DNA of 64,000 bases from Felis catus (Eukaryota): positions 92,196,001-92,260,000 of the forward strand of contig NC_058368.1 in the NCBI RefSeq assembly GCF_018350175.1, written 5' to 3'. Numbering within the stretch: position 1 is the first letter of the stretch; the number at the start of each line of letters is the position of its first letter. This document shows, piece after piece, positions 9,926-20,448 of the stretch. The notes under the pieces are model-generated. The model worked only from the letters and a program-made list of their open reading frames with translations, was not told where the DNA came from and searched no databases. Both the position numbers and the translations under genes were made by a program.

Positions 9926-11620
9926 TTTTGAGAGAAAAATAGAGAGTGAGCAGGGGAGGGGCAGGGGGAGAGGGAGACAGAATTCCAAGCAGGCTCTAAG
10001 CTGTCAGTGCAGAGCTCAAAGTGGGGCTCGAACTCCTGAGCTGTGAGATCATGACCTGAGATGATATCAAGAGCCAGACGTTTAACCCACTGAGCCACCC
10101 AGGCTCCCCTGAAGTATGTACTTTATATGAAACCCAATTTATTCTTTTGTGGTTTGTGCTTTTGGTGTCACATCTAAAACAAATCTTTCTCTAATCCCAG
10201 GTTGCAAAAATTTTCTGTTATGTTTTCTTCCAGAAATTTTACAGTTTTAGCTCATATTTAGATAAGGGCCTGTAATTCATTTTGAGTTAATTTTTTTGTG
10301 TGATGTGAAGTAAGGTTTGATATTATCATTATTAAAAAAATTTCTTATAAAAATGTTTTTAATCTTTATTTTGAGATACAGAGCGTGAGCAGGGGAGAGG
10401 CAGAGAGAGAGGGAGACACAGAATCTGAAGCAGGCTCCAGGCTCTGAGCCATCAGCACAGAGCCTGACGTGGGGCTCAAACCCACGAGCAAGATCATGAC
10501 ATGAGCTGAAATTGGATGCTTAACCAACTGAGCCACCCAGGTGCCCCTAAAAAATTTTTTTAATGTCTATTTATTTTTGAGAGAGAGAGAAAGAGAGAGA
10601 GAGAGCGAGAGAGAGCGCATGAGTGGGAGGAGGGGCAGAGAGAGAGGAGACACAGAATCCAAAGCAGACTCCAGGCTCTAAGCTGTTAGCATAGAGCCCG
10701 ATGCGGGGCTCGAACCCATGAACTGTGAGATCATGACTTGAGCCGAAGTTGGACACTTCACTGACTGAGCCACCCAGGTGCTCCTATTATTATTATTATT
10801 ATTTTTATAACAATGTTTTTAAAGTAGGTTCCATGCCCTGCATGGGCTTGAACTCACAACCCTGAGATCAAGAGTCACATACTGCACTGAGCCAGCCGGG
10901 TGCCCCAGGTTTGATAGTACTTTTAAATTTTTATTTGCATTTGGCCATTTAATTGTTCAAACACCATTTGTTAGAAAGGCTATCCTTTCTCCTTTGGACT
11001 GTCTTTTTTCACCTTCGTCGAAAGTCAGTTGTACAAATACATGTGGGTCTGTCTCTGGACTGTATTCTGTACTGCTAATCTACTTACCTATCTTTATGTC
11101 AATACCATGCTGCAGTTTTTTTTTAATTAAAAAATATTTTTATTTATTTTTGAGAGGGAGAGAGACAGAGCACGAGTTGGGTAGTGGCAGAGAGAGAGAG
11201 AGGGAGACACAGAATCTGAAGCAGGCTCCAGGCTCTGAGCTGTCAGCACAGAGCCTGATGCAGGGCTTGAACTCATAAACCACAAGATCATGACCTGAGC
11301 TGAAGTCAGACGCTTAACCAACTTAGCCACCCAGGTGTCCCTTTACCATGTTGTGTTGTTAAATGTGGCTTTATAATAAGTCTTTAAATCAGGTAGTTTT
11401 AGTCCTCAAACTGTTTTTTTTTTTTCTATTTTCAAGTTGTTTTGGCCATTCTAGTGCATTTCCATATGAAACATCATATTGTTAATTTTTTAGTAAAAAA
11501 ATGTGCTGGGCTTTTGAGTGGGGTTTTGTTGAATTTATAGACCAATGTGAGGAAAATTATTATCTTAACATTAGTGAGTCTTCTGGCCCCTGAACACGTG
11601 TATCTTTTCATTTATGTAAT
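9926..11620 (-). mobile_element. Antisense old L1 fragments peppered with about five antisense Can-SINEs
   Basis: L1 text ttgtgcttttggtgtcacatctaa, caccatttgttagaaaggctatcctttctcc; SINEs at about 9926, 10355, 10555, 10800, 11116. Confidence 0.8.
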
Positions 11621-12129
11621 CTTTAATTTTTTTATTCCTTATCATCTTCTTTTGTAGTTTTTGGTTATTTAAATCAGTCGAATGGAATAAGATAGTTCAC
11701 TTTTTTTCCTGTACATGCTTTGCTAGCTATTCACAGATAATCACAGTGAAAAGTGAGGCCAACCTGAAAGTGACATATATCATTTCAATTCACTACCCAT
11801 TTGCTGAAGCTAATCATATGTAAGGGGGCCAGGAAGTACAATTCTTTTTTTTTTTTTAAGTTTATTTTTGAGGCAAGGGGAGGGGTGGAGAGAGAGGGGA
11901 CAGAGGATCTGAAGTGGGCTCCGAATTGACAGTAGAGAGCCTGATGCAGGGCCTGAACCCACAAACTGTGAGATCACCACCTGAGCCGAAGTCATGACCA
12001 GTGCCGAAGTCGGATACTCAACCGATTGAGCCACCCAGGAGCCCCCAGGAAGTACAATTCTCCTACCCACTTGGAAAAGAAGCAAGCCAGAAATATTTGG
12101 TGAACATCACTGATGATTATCATAACTTC

Positions 12130-13285
12130 CTTGGTTGCTGACCTAATAGCTATTCTCCATCCCTTATTACTGGCTAAGAGAACCCTAATTTTGTCTACTC
12201 TCTTCTGGGTGACATCTGCTACAGAAAAGACCACACTTTTCATGGTAATCCCATTCATTTCTCTTTGGTGGTTATTGGATTAGCCATATTCTGGCTACAA
12301 GACAAAAGGATGTCTACTCCTGGGACTTCTGAGAAGTCTCTTAGGGACATCAGAGGGACAACTGGGTGGCTCAGTTGGTTAAGGATCTGACCTCGGCGCA
12401 GGTCATGATTTCACGGTTTGTGAGTTTGAGTCCCACATTGGGTGAGCTCGAGCCCCACTTCAGGTGAGTCCCACCTCTGTCTCTCTTTCTATGTGCAGAC
12501 ATGGGATTCTGTCTCTCTGCCCTCACTCACTTGCACCCTCTCTCTCTCTCAAAAAGAAAAAAAAAAAAGGACATCAGAGGGGCACCTGGGTGGCTCAGTT
12601 GGTTAAGTGTTCAACTCTTGATTTCAGCCTAGGTCATGATTCATCAGATTGAGCCCTATGTCGGGCTCTGCGCTGTCAGCACAGAGCCTGCTTGGGATTC
12701 TCTCTCTCCCTCTCCCTGCCACTCCTCTACTCATTCTCTCTCTCCCTTTCAAAATAAATAAATAAATAAACATTAAAAACAAAAAAAGGATATCAGGCAG
12801 TGGGCAGTTACTGTTCTTGCCCTTTATTTGGTGGTGTGTTATGATGTGATTACCTAGATGTGCAACCAAGAGAGGAGTGGCAAACACTCTCAGGATGGCA
12901 GAGGGGTAAGGTGGACAGATGCTAGGTGACTGAGGGCATCATGTGCCATGTTGAAATAATCAACCCTGGAACCACCCTACCCTTAGACTTCTTGTTATAT
13001 AAGGTAAGAAATGTCCTTACTTGGGTCTTTTTTTTTTTTTTTTTTTAAGAGAGAGAGGGAGAGAGTAAATGGGGCAGGGGCAGAGAGACAGGGGAACAGA
13101 AGATCTGAAGCAGGCTATGTGCTGACAGCAAAGAGCCTGATGTGGGACTCGAACTCACAAACTGTGAGATCATGACCTGAGCGGAAGGCAGACACTTAAC
13201 TGACTGAGCTGCTCAGGCGCTCCACTTGGGGTCTTTTTTGCTTGGGTTTTCTGTCTATTGAAGTAAAAAGCATTGAACTATAACA
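12130..13285 (+). mobile_element. ERVL-class solo LTR (LTR33/LTR16-like) split by three Can-SINEs
   Basis: Start tggttgctgacctaatagctattctccatcc...agaaccctaattttgt; end ttagacttcttgttata...ttgggttttctg...aaaagcattgaactataaca; SINEs 12354-12568(+), 12579-12787(+), 13027-13222(-). Confidence 0.6.
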
Positions 13286-14549
13286 GAATGCTAAGGCTGA
13301 GCCAGGAGCCAGGAATTACGGTAAGCACTTCATCTGCATAAAGGTAATATAATCTGATTTCATCCCGGTAATAACACTGTGACATGGGTGTTATCAGATC
13401 CATTTTATGGATGGGGAAATTAAAGCACAGGGAGGTTAAATAATTACATGAGGCTACACAATTCTAAGTGGTAAAAACAAGGATGAAAACTTTAGGTCTA
13501 TTCTATGTCAAGGATAACTTGAAATCATTTGTAAATATCCTATACGTTCCCTACTTTAATTTTTTCTCTGAAGCACATGTAAAAAGAATTGTGGTGTTTC
13601 ACCTTCAGCACCCAGATATTTCCAGGGGTAAGGAAAAATACCAGAGAATGTAGGAGCTGGTTAACCTTATAATTTATTGCTACCTACCTTTGGACAAGTA
13701 TTTTTTATTTGAATGAACATATTCCCTATTCTTCGTAGGCACCAGGAATATAAGCATTTAGGCATTTAAAAAAAGCTTTAATTTTTTTTATCTTGAGAAA
13801 GAGAGAGATAGAGAGCATGTGTACCAGGCTTGCAGGGTAGGGGAAGAGAGAAAGAGAGGGAGAGAGAAAATCCCAAGCAGGCTCTGTGCTGTCAGCATGG
13901 AGTTCGAAGATTTTTGGCATTTGTTTAAAAAGAAAGGAAAGAATGAAAGAATGAACACAACATTAAATCAATGCTTGATACTTACATATTATACCATATT
14001 CACAACAATCCTATAAAATGAGTATTCAATATATCTACTTACAGATGGGAAACCTGAACTTCAGCGTAAGTAGTCAAGCCACAAAACTAATGAATGATGG
14101 AGCCAATAAATGATGAAACTAAGAAGTTTTGGAGTGAGATTGAAAACAATATGTGTCTGGCCCCATATAAAATGTTTTGTCACAGGGGTGCCTGGCTGGC
14201 TCAGTCGATGGAGTATGTGACTCTTGATCTCCCGGTTGAGAGTTTGAGCCCCACATTGGGTGTAGAGATTACTTAAAAATAAAATAATATAAAAGGAATT
14301 TAAAAAAATAAGTAAAAATGTTTTATCACAGCATATCTGGTGCATCCAGATATTATCTACCATCTGAGTTTTGTCTTGGAATGAAGCTGGCCTTCATTTT
14401 CTGCTTATTCAGAACTCATTCTAGTTGCCAACCAACCAAAGAGATTAGGAGTTCAAGGATTATGAAGAAAGTTTTCAGAGGGTAGAGATGAATAATCCCA
14501 ATTCCAGATTCTAAAATATGGCTAACCAATGAATATTTCTCTGCAGTTT

Positions 14550-15090
14550 TTAGTTGCTGATGAAACCGACAAACAAGATAAAGGTTCCTGCGCTTGAGCT
14601 TATATTCTAATAAAAAGAGCAAATTATAAATAAATAAAATAATTTCAAACAGTGGTGAGAGTGATAACAGATCGATGTGAGAGAGCCTGTCTAGGTAACT
14701 GAATCCTGCCTTAAATGACAAGAAAGTGGCATCCACATGGGGTACTGGGAGGAAGATTGTCCTATGCAGGAGGAAACTATACAAAGTGGAAAGTTCCCTG
14801 ACGGTAATGAACTTGGTGTGTACAAGGGAAAGAAAGTAGTGCATTTGAGCACTGTAAGTGAACATGAGAGTGGTGGAGATGAGATTCCTTGGAGGTAGGG
14901 CAGAGGCCAGTTCAGGCAGGGTCCTGAGACTGTCATGGTAAAAAATTGAGGGTTTTTAGTAGTTGCAATGGAGCACTACTGGAGTGCTTTATGTAGGAGG
15001 GTTATCCTACCTGGCTTATATTTTTAAAAAGATCACTCTGGTTGCTCTCTGCAGAATGGATCATGGGAAGGCCCGAGTGGAAGCAGTTAG
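14550..15090. mobile_element. L2 LINE fragment
   Basis: ttttaaaaagatcactctggttgctctctgcagaatggat and related L2 hallmark text. Confidence 0.7.
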
Positions 15091-15259
15091 GGTGGCTGTG
15101 ACTAGGTTTATGTTAATGGAGTTGTATATAAGCAAGTCCAAACTCTCACAATCTTTGACCTTCCAAAATAAAGGGTTCCACCTTCCTATTCCATCATCTC
15201 AACTAACACTTATAACTATCATCTAACCATGTACTTGTTTATTGTCTGTCATTCTCATT

Positions 15260-15441
15260 TAGGATGGTCACATAAAATACGAGCGCTCTGTTAAAACTGC
15301 ATTTCAGGTAGAATAACTTATTTTTACTATAGGTGTTCCCAAATATTGCATGGGAAATTCGAATACTAAAAAAACTATTCGTCATCTGAAATGCTAACAA
15401 ACTGGGCAGCCTGCATTTTTATGAGCTAAATCTGGCAACGT
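15260..15441. mobile_element. MER53-like hAT MITE (palindromic)
   Basis: ataaaatacgagcgctctgttaaaactgcatttcag...cccaaatattgcatggga...ctgaaatgctaacaaactgggcagcctgcatttttatgagctaaatctggcaac. Confidence 0.7.
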
Positions 15442-15619
15442 GACCCCCACTAGAATGTGAGTTCCATACGGGAAGGAACCGCGTCTGTCCGTGCCCCAAC
15501 GTACACCTTGGGCTTAGCGTAGTGCCTGTCCGAACACGGTGGGAGCGCACACCTGCTCACGGAATGAATTAAAAAAGGATTTAAGGAAAGAATGAGTCAG
15601 TGAATAAAAGGCTGCACGA

Positions 15620-16330
15620 GAGCCCCTTGGTGCGGGGGACCTGTGGGTGGGCACGCGGGAAGACAGAGAAAACCGAGATTAGCCTGGGGCAGCCGGGAAG
15701 CGGACGCGCTGAGGTCACCGGCGCCTGCGGCCCCGGTGACGTCATCACGCCCGCGCTGCCGACCTCGCCTGGGCTTCAGCGGCGCCGGCTCCTCCTCTGC
15801 TGTTGTGGTGACGGGGTGGGGGGTAGGGGTGGGGTCTCTGGTGACCCCGGCCCAGCGCAGACAGTCTGCGGAGCGGTCCAGTCCCGGCGGTGGCCTTCTG
15901 CGCCTGTCATTGACCGTCAGCCGGCAGGCCTGGCCGCTCCCGCGAGGGGAGAACGTTTCAGGGCCATGTCCAGGCCGAGCAGCGTCTCCCCGCGGCCGCC
16001 CGCGCCTGGCGGCGGGGGCGGCCCGGCTCCGTGCGGTCCTGGGGGCGGAGGCCGGGCCAAGGGGCTGAAGGACATTCGTATAGACGAGGAGGTGAAGATC
16101 GCAGTCAATATCGCTCTGGAGCGCTTCCGCTACGGGGACCAGAGAGGTGAGGTTCCTGACAGGGACCCCGCCGGCTGCCCCGCCTCCCCCAAGCCCGGGC
16201 CCACCGAGTGAAGGGGCTGCCTCAGAGGTGGGAGGGCAGACCCGGGCCGTCCCCCGTCCCGGCCCCCACGGCGGCCGGGGGCCACGCTAGGTGGCCCTCT
16301 GTGGGATGCGCGGCGTCCTGCGCGTCTGCA
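15620..16330 (+). promoter_or_regulatory. YTHDC2: CpG-island promoter and first exon region of YTHDC2
   Basis: High GC and CpG density; full CRE TGACGTCA at 15737-15744; E2F-like GCGGGAA at 15655-15661. Confidence 0.85.
15966..16146 (+). CDS. YTHDC2: YTHDC2 coding exon 1 (Gly-rich N-terminus)
   Basis: gggccATG; MSRPSSVSPRPPAPGGGGGPAPCGPGGGGRAKGLKDIRIDEEVKIAVNIALERFRYGDQR; donor gtgagg; 181 nt. Confidence 0.97.
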
Positions 16331-17327
16331 GGGTGAAGGCACTTGCCCGGCATTAATCAGGTGAAAAGAGTCGGGTTGCTCCTTTGCAGGGGGCGTTTCT
16401 TTCCCCAGAGAGAGGCCTGTAGGCAGCCTGGGGCGGCTTAGCCACAGCTTTTAGGTATTGGTAAGCCGCTACTTTTTTTTTTTTAAAGGAAATTGTGGTA
16501 GCCTTAGCGGAGGCACGTTTAAGCTACAGAAGTAGAAGAGAAGGAAATCAGGCAAATAAATGCATTGGGAACACGTAGTGCATTGTTTACATTCCGAGGG
16601 CATCACCCTTAAACACTTAAAAACAATCAGACTTTGGTAGATGAAACGTTTCTCACACCTCTTACGGTTAGAAGGCTGCTTGTCCTGGGTCACACAGTGC
16701 AGAACGGGCAGCCGACCCGCGGTCATCCGTACAGCATATTGAGTGCCCAGTCCGGTTTGCTGGCCTAAATAGGGTTACCCGTTCGTTAACCCGGAGTTTA
16801 CGGTCCCGAACAGGCAATGACCTGGACAGAGTGAACTTACATTACACAGAGCCTCAGCAATAGTGTTGAACAACAAATCCAGTCTGAGATAAGTCTGTAC
16901 TGTTTTGAAAGCAAAGACCATGTGGAGTTTGACGTTGAGCATTCATAATGCTTGAGCATACTTCATCATGGAAGGAAGTGAGCCTTTTGTTAATGAAGCC
17001 AGTAAGGACTTAAGTTAAAAGAGTAAAATATGTTCATCAGTCATCGTACCAATTGAAGATTCCAGCCCAAATAAGAGTAATCTTTGGTGAACATTAGAGC
17101 CTTCTATCATATGTTTCTGTAATTTTTACTAATATCGCAATTCTGGCAGACATTTAGTACTTGAATTAATATCTACTTTTCAGGTAACCTATAAATTTGA
17201 TTATTTGTATGATTTTTTTCATATTTTACATTTATGTGTCTATATTGAAGTACCTTGAAAGAAAATTGTATATTCCCAAGTGGTACTTTGTGTTTTGTTT
17301 GTTTTTTTTTTCTTTTTTTTCATGTAG

Positions 17328-17418
17328 AAATGGAATTTCCTTCCTCTTTGACCAGTACTGAAAGAGCCTTTATTCATCGATTGAGTCAGTCTCTTGGTTT
17401 GGTTTCTAAAAGTAAAGG
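17328..17418 (+). CDS. YTHDC2: YTHDC2 exon 2 (R3H domain)
   Basis: tag|AA ATG GAA TTT; EMEFPSSLTSTERAFIHRLSQSLGLVSKSKG with RxxxH; 91 nt. Confidence 0.96.
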
Positions 17419-18041
17419 GTAAGCTGATAGTTTTTCTTATTTAAAAGGAATTATTTGCCAAAAAAAGAGAAGTGTTTCTCATTACATTGAAGTAGTTATT
17501 ACTGTTTTAGATTCACATTCTTAATTATACTGTATGTGGATAAACTCATGTCTGTACCAAACTCAGCTTTTTCCTTTTCCTCTTATCCTTCCCTCTTTTG
17601 TTTTCCCTTAGAGATTAAATAAACAAATAAATAAATAAATAAATAAATAAAATTTAAGATGTAAGAAAAATAGCTTAAAAGATGAAGTTGCTTGCTTGAG
17701 GAGGATGTTTTCTTTTTTCATAGAAACTAAGTCTCATTTTTTAAAAAGAGTGGATGGCCTAAAGATAGTAAGTACAATTATTTACAGAACTATTTCTTTT
17801 AAGGTTCCCATACTGTAGTGGTAACTTTAGAATACATAATCGTTTTCTTTCCTACCAACTTAAGAATCTTATGATTAGAAATGATTAAATAGAATGGACC
17901 AGGAAGAAACAGTATGTATTTTTTTCAGGGTCCCTCATCTGTAGGGGGGAAAAAGTCACTTGAACCATCCAAATTGAAGAACTCGAAAATTATGTGGAAT
18001 GATTTCATTTTGGGAATAAGGATGGTGGGGTTGTTATATAG

Positions 18042-18255
18042 CAGAGTTTCTTGGTATTGGCACTATGAACATTTTAGACTGGATAATTCTTTATTGTGGA
18101 GGGTTGTCTTGTGTATCGTAGGATATTTAGAAGTATATCTAACCGTATTGATATGTGCCAGGAACACCTCCACCCACAGTTTTAACAACCAGAAATGCCT
18201 CTAGACATTGCCAGAATGTTCTGGGGAGCAAAATTGTGTCTGGTTAAGAGCCACC
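18042..18255. mobile_element. MER20-like hAT-Charlie DNA transposon
   Basis: ggcactatgaacattttagactggataattctttattgtggaggg...aaatgcctctagacattgccag...ggttaagagccac. Confidence 0.8.
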
Positions 18256-18462
18256 GAGAGGGGGAAAGGAAGATAAAATTTCAGCTTACCAGGGTTTAGG
18301 TTAAGAAGAGAGAAAACAAATGACTGTTAGGTTAATATATTAATAAACAACAGGAATGTCTTAAGATGAAAATATTTGGTGTAGGAATGGCTGGTATTTG
18401 AATGCCCACAGTGATACATTACTGAGTGACACGGGATTTAGCTTAGGTGAATGTGCCTTTTG

Positions 18463-18841
18463 TTTGTTTGTTTTTTGTTTCTGTGTTTCAGCTTTTATTT
18501 ATTTATTTTTAATTTAATTTATTTTTTAAATTTACATCCAAGTTAGTTAGCATATAGCGCAGCAGTCATTTCAGGAGTAGATTCCTTAATGCCCCTTACC
18601 CATTTAGCCCATCCCCCCTCCCACAACCTCCCCAGTAACCCTGTTTGTTCTCTGTATTTAAGAGTTTCTTATGTTTTGTCCCCCTCCCTGTGTTTATATT
18701 TTTCCTTCCCTTCCCTTCTGTTCATCTGTTTTCTATCTTAAAGGCCTCATAGGAGTGAAGTCATATGGTATTTGTCTTTCTCTGACTGGCTAATTTCGCT
18801 TAGCATCATACCCTCTAGTACCATCCCATAGTTGCAAATGG
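18463..18841 (-). mobile_element. Carnivore L1 3' end
   Basis: L1 3' UTR text; 17-bp TSD ggtgaatgtgccttttg at 18446-18462 and 18842-18858. Confidence 0.88.
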
Positions 18842-19192
18842 GGTGAATGTGCCTTTTGAACATTACTAAGGCCAGTGTGTGAAGCAATGGTTAGGTTTCA
18901 ATCATGCCCATAGCATAGTCCTCTGTGTAGGTTAAATACAGCACTTGAAAATGAAAAGAGTACAGGGCCATACTCCTTTATCCAAGAATACCTGGACTAA
19001 GTAGATTTTGAGATTCAGATTTTAGGAACATTTTAGGATTTTTTTGCAGTATGTTATGTAATAACTCCTCGTAAGGTGCAGGCATCACCTTAATCACAAT
19101 ATTTCTGCCGAAAAATATAGGCTGTTCACAGTAAGATAAATACTGGAAATAGCCTCATGTCAATGTAGTCAGGTTTTGATACCAACTGAAGT

Positions 19193-19654
19193 TGTTGCTG
19201 TCAACTTTAAAACTGGCAGTTATTTTACCAGTGGAAGATGCGTTTCTTTGGAAGTAGAGAGTTGCCATGTGGGACAAGCAGGCTAGTGTACAAAACCATC
19301 CGAAAGTCCAACAAACCGAAGAGAGGAACATTATTTTATGGAGAAGAAGGAGGAAGTTGGGAGGGGTTGTTTTGAACAAAAGTCCATTGGAGAGAAGCAA
19401 GAAATTCAGGGTGATGTTGGTTTCTCAATTGGCTGAGTTGCTGGGGTGGTTGATTTCTTGTAGAAGATGCAGTGTACATCTTTTCCTGTTGGGGCTTGTA
19501 ATTGAATCTGCTTTCCTCTGGAGGAGTCTTCTGTTGGGTCTGTAATTGACAATTTTTCCTGTAATTGACATGAGTGGTTTGGCTTTCCCTACCAGCCTCC
19601 TCTTCTAGCATCCCCAGTCCACTTTAATGAGGTTTCCTTTTATTAATTTTCACA
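19193..19654 (-). mobile_element. Probable ERV solo LTR inserted within a Tigger/MER46-like relic (about 18960-19715)
   Basis: About 460-bp block bounded by TG...CA, compositionally distinct; reverse strand starts tgtgaaaattaataaaagg; family not identified. Confidence 0.5.
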
Positions 19655-19716
19655 TTGCAAACTTAGAAAGATATTCCAGTTTTCATTGTTGTTTGGGTTG
19701 AAGAGTTGCAGATATG

Positions 19717-20448
19717 AGGGGTGCCTGGGTGGCTCAGTCAGTTGGCTGAAATCGGACTTCCACTCAGGTCATGATCTCACAGTTTGGGGGTTCGGCCCGC
19801 ACTGGGCTCTGTGCTGACAGCTCAGAGCCTGGAGCCTGCTTGGAATTCTGTATCTCCTGCTCTCTCTGTCCCTCCCCTGCTCATTCTCTGTGTCTCTCTC
19901 TCAAAATATACAAACATTAAAAAAAATATTAAAAAGAAAAAGTTGCTTTTAGAGGTTTCAGGTCTGTCTTACAAATGTCTGTTGTAAAGCAGCTATACCA
20001 TTTCTATGGTTAAACTGTTTTAAAAAAAAATTTTTTTTTTTTTAACATTTATTTATTTTTGAGACAGAGAGAGACAGAGCATGAACGGGGGAGGGTCAGA
20101 GAGAGGGAGACACAGAGTCTGAAACAGGCTTCAGGCTCCGAGCTGTCAGCACAGAGCCCGACGCGGGGCTCGAACTCACAGACCGCAAGATCATGACCTG
20201 AGCCGAAGTCGGCCACTTAACTGACTGAGCCACCCAGGTGCCCCTAAACTGGTTTTGAATTATAAATAGTTAACTTCAAAATGACCATTAGAAATTACTC
20301 TTAGAGGGGTGCTTGGGTGACTCAGTCGGTTAAGTGTCTGTCTGACTCTTGATCTCAGCTCAGGTCTTGATCTCAGGGTCGTGAGTTCAAGCCCTGTGTG
20401 GGACTCTGTGCTGGGTGTGGAGCCTACTTAAAAAAAAAGAAAAGATAA
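19717..20448. mobile_element. Three Can-SINEs (+, -, +) in YTHDC2 intron 2
   Basis: About 19717-19935(+), 20030-20244(-), 20306-20448(+, TSD agaaattactcttag). Confidence 0.9.

Noticed and set aside
15600..15965. In-frame open extension upstream of the YTHDC2 ATG (203-aa ORF from GTG)
   Set aside because: Stop-poor GC-rich island, no ATG; the recognisable YTHDC2 N-terminus starts at 15966 and the ORF tail is intron read-through.
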